A DNA stretch of 64,000 nucleotides, from positions 1,344,001 to 1,408,000 of the forward strand of contig OZ219802.1 in assembly GCA_964291655.2 (NCBI GenBank). Reading direction: 5' to 3'. Origin of the DNA: Chloroflexota bacterium (GTDB lineage: Bacteria > Chloroflexota > UBA11872 > VXOZ01). Positions 10,891 through 21,335 of this stretch are shown piece by piece (position 1 is the stretch's first letter; each line of letters opens with the position of its first letter). Under the pieces are notes generated by a model, which searched no databases, was not told the origin of the DNA, and saw only the letters and a program-made list of their open reading frames with translations. The translations under genes and the position numbers were made by a program.

Positions 10891-11913
10891 CTACGCCTTG
10901 TAGCAAGCTACTTCTTGCGCTTGGCCTTTGTGTTCCAGGGGCGGGTGGTCGTGGGACTCACAGAAGTCGTCGGCTATGGGGCAGCGCGGGTAGAAGCGGC
11001 ATTGGGCGGGGGGATTCACCAGCGTGGCGATGCCGCCCTTGATCTTGACCGGAGGGCGCGCGACCGTCGGATCGGGCACCGGCACCGCTGAAAGGAGCGC
11101 CTGGGTGTACGGGTGCTGCGGGTGCATTAGGATCTCCTCCGTGTCGCCGATTTCGACGATCTTGCCGAGATACATCAACGCAATACGGCTGCACATGTAG
11201 CGGGCCACCGCCAGATCATGCGTGATGTAGAGGTAGCCGATCCCCAATCCGGCTGCCAAGTCTGCCATGAGACGCATCACGCCGGTTCTCACCGAAACGT
11301 CCAGCATTGAGGTCGGCTCGTCGGCCACGACGAATGACGGTTCGACAATCAGCGCCCTGGCGATTGCGACGCGCTGGCGCTGGCCGCCGGACAATTCGTG
11401 TGGGAATCGGAAGAGGTAGGAGCGTGGTGGCGTCAGGCCGACGAGGGCGAGCATTTCGACTACACGGTCGATGCGGTCCACCAGCGTGCCGATGTCTTGC
11501 ACCTGCAAGGGCTCGGCGATGGTATCGAAGATCGTACGCCGGGGGTTCATGGACTCGTAGGGGTCCTGAAAGATCATCTGCGCGTGTTTCCTGAAATCCT
11601 TCAGCGGCTTGCCGCGCAGCGTCGCGATGTCCGTCGGTTCCCCCGTGCCGTCGTCGAAGATTACGTGCCCGTCGGTGGGGTCGATCAGGCGCACCAGCAT
11701 CTTGCCGGTGGTCGTCTTGCCGCACCCGGATTCACCGACCAGCCCCAGGCTTTCGCCTCTCCCTAGCGTGAAGTTGACGTCGTCTACCGCGTGAATGAAG
11801 CGCTCGTTGCGCCGGAAGCGTGAGGTTGCGGCCGGGAAATGCTTGCGCAGGCCTTCGACCTGAAGCAAGGGGCGATCCTCATTGGAGGAAGTCGGTTGTG
11901 CGGCTGCGGCCAT
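10891..11913 (-). CDS. Oligopeptide/dipeptide ABC transporter ATPase (OppF-like)
   Basis: [28 protein letters not shown]-terminal CRFYPRCP. Confidence 0.93.
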   Translation of the reverse strand: MAAAAQPTSSNEDRPLLQVEGLRKHFPAATSRFRRNERFIHAVDDVNFTLGRGESLGLVGESGCGKTTTGKMLVRLIDPTDGHVIFDDGTGEPTDIATLRGKPLKDFRKHAQMIFQDPYESMNPRRTIFDTIAEPLQVQDIGTLVDRIDRVVEMLALVGLTPPRSYLFRFPHELSGGQRQRVAIARALIVEPSFVVADEPTSMLDVSVRTGVMRLMADLAAGLGIGYLYITHDLAVARYMCSRIALMYLGKIVEIGDTEEILMHPQHPYTQALLSAVPVPDPTVARPPVKIKGGIATLVNPPAQCRFYPRCPIADDFCESHDHPPLEHKGQAQEVACYKA

Positions 11914-11917
11914 TGCC

Positions 11918-12883
11918 CTAGTCCTCCGGTGGATTCCAGCAGTCGGCCCATTGGTCGCCGCGACGAACTCTGGGCGGCTCCTGCTCGGCGCACACGTCAG
12001 TCGCGAACGGGCAGCGGGGATGGAAGTGGCAGCCGGTTGGCAAGTCCAGAGGATTCGGCGGCTCACCGCCCAGCGTGGCGAGATCGTGTTTCTCACCGGT
12101 CACGCTTGGGAACGCCGACATCAACGCGCGCGTGTAGGGATGTATGGGTCTGGTAAAGACCTCCTCCGCCGTGCCGTACTCGACAATCTTGCCCGCATAC
12201 ATTACGGCAACGACGTCGCTCACCTCGGCAATCACGGCCATATCATGGGAAATGTAGAGCATGCTCATGTTGAGCTCTTTGCGGATGTTGCCAAACTCGC
12301 GCAGAATGTGGTCCTGCACGATGACGTCCAACGCGGTGGTCGGCTCGTCGGCAATGATGAGGTCCGGTTCGCACGCCAGCGCCATGGCGATGATGGCGCG
12401 CTGTTTCATGCCGCCGCTGTATTCGTGCGGGTAGCGCTGAATGAAGCTGTGATTGAGGTTCACGAGATCGTATAGTTCGCCCACACGCTCGACCATCTCC
12501 TGCCGAGCGGAAGAGGTGTGCTGCTCCAGCGCCTCGATGATCTGATCGCCGACCCGGTACACCGGGTCCAGGGCATTCATAGCGGACTGAAAGACCATGG
12601 CTATACGGTTCCACCGATACTTCCGCATCTCTTCATCGGAGAGCGACACCAGATCCACGCCGTCCAGCAGGACCTTGCCACGTAATATCTGGGCATTGTC
12701 CGGCTGGAGTCTTAAGAGTGCCAGGGCGAGAGACGACTTACCGCAGCCGGATTCACCCACCAGTCCCAGCGACTGCCCTCTCTCCAACGAGAGCGAAACA
12801 CCGTCAACCGCGCACACCTCGCCTGCACGGGTTTGGTAGTGCATCGTGAGGTCTTCAACGGCCAGCAGAGGGGAACCGCTCAT
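11918..12883 (-). CDS. Oligopeptide/dipeptide ABC transporter ATPase (OppD-like)
   Basis: GESGCGKS, YSGGMKQR, ADEPTTALD, HPYT, GCHFHPRC. Confidence 0.93.
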   Translation of the reverse strand: MSGSPLLAVEDLTMHYQTRAGEVCAVDGVSLSLERGQSLGLVGESGCGKSSLALALLRLQPDNAQILRGKVLLDGVDLVSLSDEEMRKYRWNRIAMVFQSAMNALDPVYRVGDQIIEALEQHTSSARQEMVERVGELYDLVNLNHSFIQRYPHEYSGGMKQRAIIAMALACEPDLIIADEPTTALDVIVQDHILREFGNIRKELNMSMLYISHDMAVIAEVSDVVAVMYAGKIVEYGTAEEVFTRPIHPYTRALMSAFPSVTGEKHDLATLGGEPPNPLDLPTGCHFHPRCPFATDVCAEQEPPRVRRGDQWADCWNPPED

Positions 12884-13830
12884 AGGCGCCGCAACCTCGG
12901 GTTGACGATTTCATCCATCGCCCGTCCTACCAAGTAGAACGACGTGCAAAGCAGCGTGATGGAGAGACTGGCAGGAAATATGAGCCACCAGTATTGGCCG
13001 ACTTGCAGCAAGTACCCGGCCGCCTCGGTGGTGTGGATCATGAGACCCCAACTCATACGCACGTCCAGGAGGCCCAAGAAGCTCAGAACCGCTTCCGAAA
13101 AGATGGCGCCGGTGACCGTAAACATCATGTAGAGGAATGACAACGGCAGGAGATTGGGAACGATGTGAATGAAAATAATATGCAACGGGCCGCCGCCGGC
13201 GGCGCGCGCAGCTTCAAGATACGGCTTGACAACCACGGATAGGGCCTGGGACTTCAAGAGGATGCTGGCGCCGCCGAATCCGGAAAGAATGCCGATGATG
13301 AGCGCCAACTCAAAGTGCTCTACGCCGATTAATGCGCTTAAGACGATAAGGATACTGATCCCCGGCATCATGACCATGAGGTCGGCAAAACGCATTAATA
13401 TCGTGTCAACGAAACCGCCGTAGTACGCCGCAATTGCACCGACGGTCGTCCCAATGGTGACCGTAACGACAGCGGCAAGCAACCCGAGCAAGAACTCAGT
13501 CCGCGCGCTGTGCATGAGCTGACTCAGGACATCGCGCCCCAAAGGATCTGTGCCGAGCAGATGGCTGCGGCTGGGCGGCGCGGGTTGGCGGGTCTCATCA
13601 AACGCGTAACCGACAACGGGATCGTAGACGCGCTCCTCCCAGACGGTGTTCATGAGAATCGGATGGGCCAGGGCGAGACCGAGATAAAAGAGGATGATTA
13701 CGAGGCCGATTACGCCAATGCGCGTGCCGAGAAAGAGCGACCAGTTTTCGCGCAGGCTCCGCATGGCCAAATTGAACCGCACCTTCCGGAGCGAAGGCGC
13801 AGCGCTTTGGGGGGCAACATCTACAGCCAC
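12880..13830 (-). CDS. Peptide ABC transporter permease (OppC-like)
   Basis: HLLGTDPLGRDV, EAARAAG, HIVPN, LSFLGL; GTG start overlaps the upstream TAG. Confidence 0.9.
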   Translation of the reverse strand: MAVDVAPQSAAPSLRKVRFNLAMRSLRENWSLFLGTRIGVIGLVIILFYLGLALAHPILMNTVWEERVYDPVVGYAFDETRQPAPPSRSHLLGTDPLGRDVLSQLMHSARTEFLLGLLAAVVTVTIGTTVGAIAAYYGGFVDTILMRFADLMVMMPGISILIVLSALIGVEHFELALIIGILSGFGGASILLKSQALSVVVKPYLEAARAAGGGPLHIIFIHIVPNLLPLSFLYMMFTVTGAIFSEAVLSFLGLLDVRMSWGLMIHTTEAAGYLLQVGQYWWLIFPASLSITLLCTSFYLVGRAMDEIVNPRLRRL

Positions 13831-14978
13831 TAGTACCTGATCCTTGGGTCCAAGAAGACGTATATCACGTCCACCGCCAAGTGGGCGAGCAAGACGAATA
13901 TGCCTACGAAGACGAACGCGCCCACCGCCAGGGGCAGGTCTTCCGCTACGGCCGCCGACACCAGCGTCTGCCCCATGCCGGGCCACGAGAAGACCGACTC
14001 GATGATGACGCCGCCGTCCACGGCAAACGCCAGGCTGAAAACGAGGCTGGTCACCACCGGCAGCAAAGCGTTGCGCGCCACGTGCTTATCGCGCACGGCT
14101 TTTTCCGGCAGACCCTTGGCGCGGGCCGCCAGCACAAAGTCCTCCCGCATGGTCTCCAGCATGCTATTGCGGGTGAGCAACATAGTACCCGCGAAGCTAA
14201 TCAACGTAAGCGTGAACACCGGTAGGATCATGTGCCTGACAATGTCCCAGGCAAGATGGCCGTGCCCTGTCAGCCGCCAGGCTCCGATCATTATTCCCAC
14301 GCTCACGATGATGCTGCCAAGTTGGATGAGCCGCGCTCCCGAGATTCGGAGCCGCGTTGTAACTAAAAAGACTGCGAAGACGACGATGGAAAGCGCCAGC
14401 GCCGTAAACATCATGCGGCCAAATAAGGTGTTCGCTTCGATCGGCGCGTCCCGCCACAGCACGGGGTCGAGGAACTTGCCGATTGGGAACCATCCTGCTT
14501 TGAAGGCGAAGAGCCAGATCATCATGAGCGCGAACCAGGGCGTGAAAACGGTGTAGAGCGTCACGCCGCCAATGGTGGTGGCATATTCGGTCCAGCCGCC
14601 GCGCTTCCAGGCAATGATCTTGCCCAGGAAGAAACCCAAATAGAATGAAAAGACCGTGGCGGTAAAGAAGAGCGCAACCGTGCGCGGCAGGCGCTCGAAA
14701 ATGACATCGGCGACGCTGCGGGGATAGTGGGTGAAGGAAACGCCGAAGCTACCGGTGAAGACATTCTTGACATAGACGAGGAATTGCTGCCAAAGAGGCT
14801 GGTTGAGGCCGAACTGGTTTTGCAGTCTCTCCCGAGCATCCGGCGGCAGCTCCGGATTCATCGCGTAGACGTTGCTGATATCGCCCGGCTGCGCATTAAC
14901 GATGAAGAAGACAATGCAAATAAAGGCTAATAGCGTCAGCAGTATCTGAATCGTCCTGCTGATCAGATAGGAAGCCAT
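13830..14978 (-). CDS. Peptide ABC transporter permease (OppB-like)
   Basis: FGLNQPL, RLPRT, ARAKGL, HVARNALLP, IESVFSWPGMG, LDPRIR. Confidence 0.93.
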   Translation of the reverse strand: MASYLISRTIQILLTLLAFICIVFFIVNAQPGDISNVYAMNPELPPDARERLQNQFGLNQPLWQQFLVYVKNVFTGSFGVSFTHYPRSVADVIFERLPRTVALFFTATVFSFYLGFFLGKIIAWKRGGWTEYATTIGGVTLYTVFTPWFALMMIWLFAFKAGWFPIGKFLDPVLWRDAPIEANTLFGRMMFTALALSIVVFAVFLVTTRLRISGARLIQLGSIIVSVGIMIGAWRLTGHGHLAWDIVRHMILPVFTLTLISFAGTMLLTRNSMLETMREDFVLAARAKGLPEKAVRDKHVARNALLPVVTSLVFSLAFAVDGGVIIESVFSWPGMGQTLVSAAVAEDLPLAVGAFVFVGIFVLLAHLAVDVIYVFLDPRIRY

Positions 14979-15017
14979 CCGCAGGCACCACCCCTTTGTG
15001 ATTGACTATTGCGCTCC

Positions 15018-15046
15018 ATTATTCACGTACACAGCACTGCCGTCAA
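15018..15046 (-). promoter_or_regulatory. Putative sigma70 promoter for the permease genes
   Basis: Minus strand TTGACG-N17-AATAAT. Confidence 0.45.
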
Positions 15047-15271
15047 ACAATGTCACGACTCCTAGAGATGCGGCAAGAGATTTATGTTCGTGGCAGCAAT
15101 TGGATCGTACATCCCTTTCAATGCCGGGCGATGTTTGTGGCATCGGCAGAGTGAATGGTACCGAAACTGGAGTCTGCCAGTGAGCGAATGCTGCTACGTC
15201 GAGCAGCTACTTGCAAGAGCGCCGGACAAGAATGAACCTGAGCTAACTCTACGCCTAGCGCAGAAAGAGTG

Positions 15272-15312
15272 AAAAAAGGCGGCGCCAGACGCGTATGCGC
15301 CTGACGCCGCCC
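15272..15312 (-). terminator. Intrinsic terminator after the substrate-binding protein gene
   Basis: Minus-strand hairpin GGCGGCGTCAGGCGC-ATAC-GCGTCTGGCGCCGCC followed by T6. Confidence 0.8.
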
Positions 15313-15349
15313 TTGATTTGGCACTATTGCGCCTCGGACAGCGCGTTAT

Positions 15350-17332
15350 CTACTTGACTTGCACTGCCGTCTGCATGCCTCCCAAGCCTTCCAGTCCGCC
15401 GAGCACCTCTGTGTAAGGGAACTCTATGCCGGAAGGTCGGTAGGAGTCCAGCTTGGGAATGGTGAAGAGCGTTACGTACGGCAGGTCTTCCGCTATGAAT
15501 TCCTGCAGTTGGAACACTTTTTCACGCGCTCCCTCAATTGTTGTCTCGGAAAGTAGGCTGAACGAGATTGCGTCGTAGTCCTCGTTGGCGTAGCCGCCCC
15601 AGTTGTAACCGCCCTCGTTTTCAGGCGCGTGGCGGCCGTTGAAGAAGGTCTCCAGGTAGTCCGGGAAGAGGCTTAGGCTCCAGCCCAGGATCCACATGTC
15701 CAGATCTTCGTCCACGGTCTCGCTGAACAGCACACCCACGATGACGTTGAAACCGGTCAGGTTTGCCCGCACCGGAATGCCGACGTCAGTCAGCCAGCGC
15801 TCGATCCAGATGGCGAAAGTGGCGCGCAAAGGATCATACCCCGCGCTGGGAGCGATGAGTTCCAGCGCCGGCACATCCGAACCATCGGGCATTTTCAGGC
15901 CTTTGCCTGCCCTGGCCACAAAGTTGCCATCTTCGCTGATCTCCGGTTCTTCCTCAAAGGTGAAACCGGCGCTCTTGAGCAACTCCACGGCCTGCTCCAG
16001 CCGCTCGCCTCTAGTCAAGCCCTGGCCGAGGCTGGGAGTATCCGGATTGAACCACGCCGCATTGCCGGGTGCCACCATGGAATATGCAGGAATGGCTGCG
16101 CCTTGCAATACGGTCTGCGTCACAAACTCTTTGTCGATGAGAATCGCCACTGCTTGCCGGAACTCACGCAAGCTCATGGGCTCTTTGCGGACGTTGAACC
16201 CAAGATAGAACATGCCATTGTCCAGGTTGGAGACGATTTCCAAGTCGCCCGCCGACTGAATGCGCTCGCGGAATCCTTTCTCCAGCCCCAAGGGGTTGAA
16301 GACGTAGTCAATGTCGCCATTGGCCAGGGCCAAAATGGCGGCATCCTGGTTGCCATAGATGCTGAAGAGGGTGGACTCCACGTGGGGTCCTACCGTGTAC
16401 TCCAGTTCCTTATCGCCACCAGGCTCACCGAAATACGTGGCGGTGTAGCCCAGCCGCTCGTTTACCTCTTGCAAAGTGCCGCTGGCGAATCGCGTAACCA
16501 CTGAGCCGGTGGCGTAGTAATTCTCAGCCCTACTATTCTCGAAGAATGCGCCCGGCTCCCACTTGCCGAAGGTAAAGCCGCCCAGCGTGGGATCATTGTC
16601 GGGCACGTGCGCCATGAGCGCTTCAATCTGCGCTTCCGCTTCGCCGGCTTTCTTGGCTTCTTCTACCACGGGAGCCCAATAGTGCTCCGGCAGAATCGGC
16701 ATGAAGGCCAACCCGAATTGCCACACGCTCAGACCAGGTGTCTGCGGGTTGCCCTCAGCATCGCTCGCCTTGAAGAAGATCTTGATGCGATGGCTGTCGA
16801 TGGCTTCGATGCGATCGAGGAAGGCGGGATCCACCACGGCGCTAAAGTTGCCGCCGATACCCATGTCAAGCACGGTTTGCGCCGTGAAGATGATGTCATC
16901 TGCGGTCAATTCCTCGCCGTCGCTCCACATGACTCCCGCTCGAATCGGTACCTCAGTGGTCCAGTAATCGGTACCGTCCACTGTCTCTTTCGTCAGATCC
17001 GTCGGAAAGTCGGCTGCCAAACTCGGAATCCACTCGAAATTCTGGTCCGAGTAGCCGTAAAGCGCTCCGGTCCACCCACTCAGGACGTACTGCGTCCATA
17101 CGGAGCCACCGGGACCGCCGTAATAGTTCCAGTAATTGCGCGAAATGGGCTCCTCGAAGATGCCCATGCGGTAGACCTGCGGTGCCATCTCCTCAGGCGC
17201 TTCCACGGCTTCTTCAGCCACCGCCGCTTCCGGCTCGGCAGCAGGAGGCTCCTGCGCGCACGACGCCAGCGCAACCGCCGCGAGAATAGCGACCAAGAAA
17301 ACGGCCGCCCTGATCCACAATGATCTAAACAC
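15350..17332 (-). CDS. Peptide ABC transporter substrate-binding lipoprotein (family 5)
   Basis: Lipobox LASC, WSDGEELTADD.IF, FRQAVA..IDK, AEDLPY; GGAGGAG SD. Confidence 0.92.
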   Translation of the reverse strand: MFRSLWIRAAVFLVAILAAVALASCAQEPPAAEPEAAVAEEAVEAPEEMAPQVYRMGIFEEPISRNYWNYYGGPGGSVWTQYVLSGWTGALYGYSDQNFEWIPSLAADFPTDLTKETVDGTDYWTTEVPIRAGVMWSDGEELTADDIIFTAQTVLDMGIGGNFSAVVDPAFLDRIEAIDSHRIKIFFKASDAEGNPQTPGLSVWQFGLAFMPILPEHYWAPVVEEAKKAGEAEAQIEALMAHVPDNDPTLGGFTFGKWEPGAFFENSRAENYYATGSVVTRFASGTLQEVNERLGYTATYFGEPGGDKELEYTVGPHVESTLFSIYGNQDAAILALANGDIDYVFNPLGLEKGFRERIQSAGDLEIVSNLDNGMFYLGFNVRKEPMSLREFRQAVAILIDKEFVTQTVLQGAAIPAYSMVAPGNAAWFNPDTPSLGQGLTRGERLEQAVELLKSAGFTFEEEPEISEDGNFVARAGKGLKMPDGSDVPALELIAPSAGYDPLRATFAIWIERWLTDVGIPVRANLTGFNVIVGVLFSETVDEDLDMWILGWSLSLFPDYLETFFNGRHAPENEGGYNWGGYANEDYDAISFSLLSETTIEGAREKVFQLQEFIAEDLPYVTLFTIPKLDSYRPSGIEFPYTEVLGGLEGLGGMQTAVQVK

Positions 17333-17447
17333 CGTAACTCCTCCCTTACATAACTATCCCGCTACTCTAACAGCACTTCCCGCCGCCAATTCCTGCGCGG
17401 CAAACCCCCTTACGAGAAACTGCTGCAACACTTCCCAATATGAACTT

Positions 17448-17475
17448 AGTCTACACGCTCCCACACGCTCGTCAA
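17448..17475 (-). promoter_or_regulatory. Putative sigma70 promoter for the ABC binding protein
   Basis: Minus strand TTGACG-N16-TAGACT. Confidence 0.45.
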
Positions 17476-17655
17476 GTGTGCATACTAGTCAAGGAGGTTA
17501 GGCCCCAGTGGCTGTCGCAGCGCGGTTTCACGTACGGATGGTGACGATGCGTCTGTGGCCTGCTAGCATGGTTTGCGAGCTAGGTAGCAGCTGTCCATTG
17601 TGTCCAAATGGGGCACCTACATTAAGAAGGTCACAATTAGACTTGAGCAACGATT

Positions 17656-20600
17656 ATGAATGAGAAAAAGCTTATCACCGCAGTTGAAAGCTACTTTGCC
17701 GACTTGCGGCGGATACGCGCTTCTGGCGGCGCGACTGACGAGCGCTCGCTTTACCCGCCGCTGTCTACTCTTTTGAATGCCGTCGGTGACGCCCTCAAGC
17801 CCAAGGTTCACTGTGTCAGCGACATGGCCAACCAAGGTGCGGGGCACCCCGATTTTGGCCTCTATTTGAAACGTAAGTCTTCTGGCTCGTCCTCGAAAGC
17901 GGGCAAGAAATCGAGCGGAGACTTGCCGGAGCGGGGTGTTGTCGAAGTCAAGTCCCTCGGTGACGACGCCTGGCTCACCGCCGAGAGCGCCCAGGTAAGC
18001 CGTTATTGGGAGCGCTACCGGCTCGTGTTGGTGACCAACTGCCGCGATTTCGTGCTGTTGGGCGAGGATGCGCGGGGTCGGCCGGCTAAGCTGGAAACTT
18101 TTCGACTGGCAGGGAGTGCTGCGGAATTTGAAGAACGGCTGCAGAAGCCCCGCGCTTTTGCCCGCGAGGTCGGCGCGGGACTCGGTGAATACCTCTGCCG
18201 CACGCTTTCACACCGCGCGGTGCTGGCTGAGCCGCGCGACCTTGCGTGGCTGCTCGCTTCCTACGCCCGCGACGGCCTGGCACGTGTTGAGGCGGCAGGT
18301 GACGCGCCGTCTCTGACCGCAGTGCGCAATGCTTTGGAAGAAGCGCTTGGTGTTCGTTTCGAGGGCGAGCGGGGCGCGGCCTTTTTCCGTTCCACGCTCG
18401 TGCAGACGCTTTTCTATGGTGTCTTTTCCGCTTGGGTATTGTGGTCGCGTCAGTTACCGCCGCCGGTGGGCGCATTTGAATGGCGTACCGCCGTTTGGCA
18501 CCTGCGCGCGCCGGTGTTGCGGGCGCTATTCCAACAGCTTTCCGACCCCGCCCGCCTGCAAACGCTGGGCTTGGTCGAGGTGCTCAACTGGACCGCCGCC
18601 GCGCTTGACCGGGTGGACAAGGAAGCCTTCTTCGCCAGTTTCAGCGAAGGCGAGGCGGTTCCCTACTTCTACGAGCCGTTCTTGGAAGCTTTCGATCCCG
18701 TGCTGCGCAAGCAACTGGGCGTCTGGTATACACCCGTAGAGGTGGTGCGCTACATGGTGGCGCGGGTGGACAAGGCGCTTAAGGACGATCTCGGCATCGA
18801 GGACGGATTGGCGGACGAAAGAGTCTACGTGCTCGATCCCTGTTGCGGCACCGGCGCGTATCTGGCCGAAACGCTGCGCCGCATCGCGGAGAATCTCCAA
18901 AGCCGGGGTACGGGCGCGCTCACCGGTGCGCAGGTGAAGCGGGCGGCCACGGAGCGGGTCTTCGGCTTCGAGATCATGCCCGCTCCTTTCGTAGTGGCCC
19001 ACCTCCAGGTCGGCCTCACCATGCAAGCCCTCGACGCGCCGTTAGCGGAGGACGGCGACGAGCGCGCCGGTATTTTCCTCACCAACGCCCTCACCGGCTG
19101 GGAGCCGAAGACGCAGAAGCCGCTGCCCTTTCCCGAACTGGAGCAAGAGCGCGAGCGCGCCGACCTGGTGAAGCAGAACGCGCCTATTCTGGTGGTGCTC
19201 GGCAATCCGCCCTACAACGGCTTCGCCGGCATGGCGGTGGATGAGGAACGGGAACTCTCGGCGGCCTACCGCACCACCAAGCGCGTGCGCCGCCCTGAAG
19301 GCCAAGGGTTGAACGACCTCTATGTCCGCTTCTTCCGCATGGCCGAGCGCCGCATCGCCGAAGAGACCGGCCAAGGCATCGTCTGCTTCATCTCCAACTA
19401 TTCCTGGCTGGACGGCCTCTCCTTCACCGGCATGAGAGAACGCTACCTGGAGGCGTTTGACACCATCCGCATAGACAACCTGCACGGTGACCGCATAATT
19501 TCCGAATATGCGCCCGACGGCCGGACAAGTGAAACAGTCTTTTCAATTCGAGGAAAGTCACCAGGCATAAAGGTTGGCACCAGTATCACGATGCTATCAA
19601 AGAGACTTGCCAATTCATCAGAAGGCAAGCAAATCCTCTATCGAGACTTTGACCAAGCGAGAGCAGATGAAAGACGACAAGCGCTACTGGATAGTTTGAG
19701 CGCTCCCAGGATAGATTCGGGCTATGCAAACTTGGATCCCGAGATTCGGCTTGGGTTGCCGTTCAAACCAATGGCGGTCAGCGAGGACTGGTTCGACTGG
19801 CCTGCGCTGCCCGAACTCTTTCCAGCCTCGTTTCCGGGGGTCAAGACCAGCCGTGACTCGTTCCTCGTTGACGTTGATCTCAATCGGCTGAAGGCACGGG
19901 TAGTGGATTACTTTGACGGGGAACTAAGCCATGAAGAGATTGCGCGGCGCTATCCGGGCGTTATGCGTAGCACATCGGGATTTAATGCTCGCTCCATCCG
20001 AAATGCGCTGCTTGACCGAGGTGGGCCAATTGAGGGCGGATTCATACACTACGCCTACCGGCCTTTCGACACCCGCTGGCTTTACTGCGAAACGGAAGGC
20101 GGACTGCTGGACCGGCCCCGCTCAGAATACGGGCCGCATGTGTTCGAGGGAAACGTGTGGCTTGAAGCTCGAGAAAGAGAAGCCCGAGAAGATTTCTCGC
20201 GCGGCACACTGTGTCGCACTCTCGCGGACAACTTCGGCAACGGACTCTCCAGCTTCTTTCCCGCCTGGCTGCGTGACACCGGACTCGGAGCCGACGAAAC
20301 GACCGTGCAGCGTATTCCCAATCTTTCGCCTGCCGCGCAGCGTTACCTCGACCGTCTCGGATTGGGCGTGGAAGACCTCTTCTACCACGCGCTGGCCGTG
20401 CTCCACGATCCCGCCTACCGCCAGGCCAACGCCGGTGCCCTGCGCATGGAGTGGCCGCGCATCCCGCTGCCCGGCTGGCCTGAGTTATCCGTTTCGTCCC
20501 CCGCTGGTAGGGGCGGTTCGCGAACCGCCCCTACGGTCGTGCCACACGGGGACGCGCCTGCCGCGGACCACTCCGTCGTTCCCTTGAAAACGGGAACCCA

Positions 20601-21219
20601 TCCGGCCTCCGACGCAGCGCACGCCTTGGCCGCCTCCGCCGCCCGCGGCCGGCAACTGGCCCACCTCCTCGACTCCGACACCCCCGTGCCCGGCGTCACC
20701 ACAAGCAACCTGCGGCCCGATATGATCGCCATCGCCCAGCCCGCCACCACCGACGACCGCAACATGACCGGCGACGACTTCGGCCTCACCGCCGGCTGGG
20801 GGCACTTTGGCAGCGGCGAAGCCGTCATGCCAGGCCAGGGCAAGGCGATCGAGCGCCCTTACACCCCAGCCGAACGCGAGGCCCTCAACCATGCGCATCC
20901 CGCCGCTGGCAATGCGGAACGCGACGCCCTAGGCAATGCACAACCCACGTCCGCCACGCCCGCCGGACACGACACGCTAGCCGTCCTCGGCGAAACCACC
21001 TACGACATCTACCTCAACGACCGCGCCTACTGGCGCAACGTCCCCGCCAACGTCTGGCGCTACAAACTCGGCGGCTACCAAGTCCTCAAGAAATGGCTCT
21101 CCTACCGCGAACAAACAGTCCTAGGCCGCCCCCTCAAGTTAGACGAGGTGCTGCATTTCACAGACACCGCCAGACGCATCGGGGCTATACTGCTGGTGAC
21201 GGATTCGGATTTCATGTAG
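17656..21219 (+). CDS. Single-chain Type IIG/IIL-like restriction-modification enzyme (nuclease + N6-adenine MTase + Type ISP-like specificity domain)
   Basis: N-terminal PDFG...VVEVK; GVWYTP, LDPCCGTGAYL, GNPPY, DLYVRF; C-terminal YRPFD.RW and GGYQVLKKWL. Confidence 0.85.
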   Translation: MNEKKLITAVESYFADLRRIRASGGATDERSLYPPLSTLLNAVGDALKPKVHCVSDMANQGAGHPDFGLYLKRKSSGSSSKAGKKSSGDLPERGVVEVKSLGDDAWLTAESAQVSRYWERYRLVLVTNCRDFVLLGEDARGRPAKLETFRLAGSAAEFEERLQKPRAFAREVGAGLGEYLCRTLSHRAVLAEPRDLAWLLASYARDGLARVEAAGDAPSLTAVRNALEEALGVRFEGERGAAFFRSTLVQTLFYGVFSAWVLWSRQLPPPVGAFEWRTAVWHLRAPVLRALFQQLSDPARLQTLGLVEVLNWTAAALDRVDKEAFFASFSEGEAVPYFYEPFLEAFDPVLRKQLGVWYTPVEVVRYMVARVDKALKDDLGIEDGLADERVYVLDPCCGTGAYLAETLRRIAENLQSRGTGALTGAQVKRAATERVFGFEIMPAPFVVAHLQVGLTMQALDAPLAEDGDERAGIFLTNALTGWEPKTQKPLPFPELEQERERADLVKQNAPILVVLGNPPYNGFAGMAVDEERELSAAYRTTKRVRRPEGQGLNDLYVRFFRMAERRIAEETGQGIVCFISNYSWLDGLSFTGMRERYLEAFDTIRIDNLHGDRIISEYAPDGRTSETVFSIRGKSPGIKVGTSITMLSKRLANSSEGKQILYRDFDQARADERRQALLDSLSAPRIDSGYANLDPEIRLGLPFKPMAVSEDWFDWPALPELFPASFPGVKTSRDSFLVDVDLNRLKARVVDYFDGELSHEEIARRYPGVMRSTSGFNARSIRNALLDRGGPIEGGFIHYAYRPFDTRWLYCETEGGLLDRPRSEYGPHVFEGNVWLEAREREAREDFSRGTLCRTLADNFGNGLSSFFPAWLRDTGLGADETTVQRIPNLSPAAQRYLDRLGLGVEDLFYHALAVLHDPAYRQANAGALRMEWPRIPLPGWPELSVSSPAGRGGSRTAPTVVPHGDAPAADHSVVPLKTGTHPASDAAHALAASAARGRQLAHLLDSDTPVPGVTTSNLRPDMIAIAQPATTDDRNMTGDDFGLTAGWGHFGSGEAVMPGQGKAIERPYTPAEREALNHAHPAAGNAERDALGNAQPTSATPAGHDTLAVLGETTYDIYLNDRAYWRNVPANVWRYKLGGYQVLKKWLSYREQTVLGRPLKLDEVLHFTDTARRIGAILLVTDSDFM

Positions 21220-21335
21220 AGGAAAGCTTCAGATAGCATCGTCAGTCACGAGTAAGTGCAATTTGCTGAGGCCCAGCAAGAATCTGTTGATAGTTACATG
21301 GAATCGACACAAAGTAGATTGGAGGATACTTTCAA

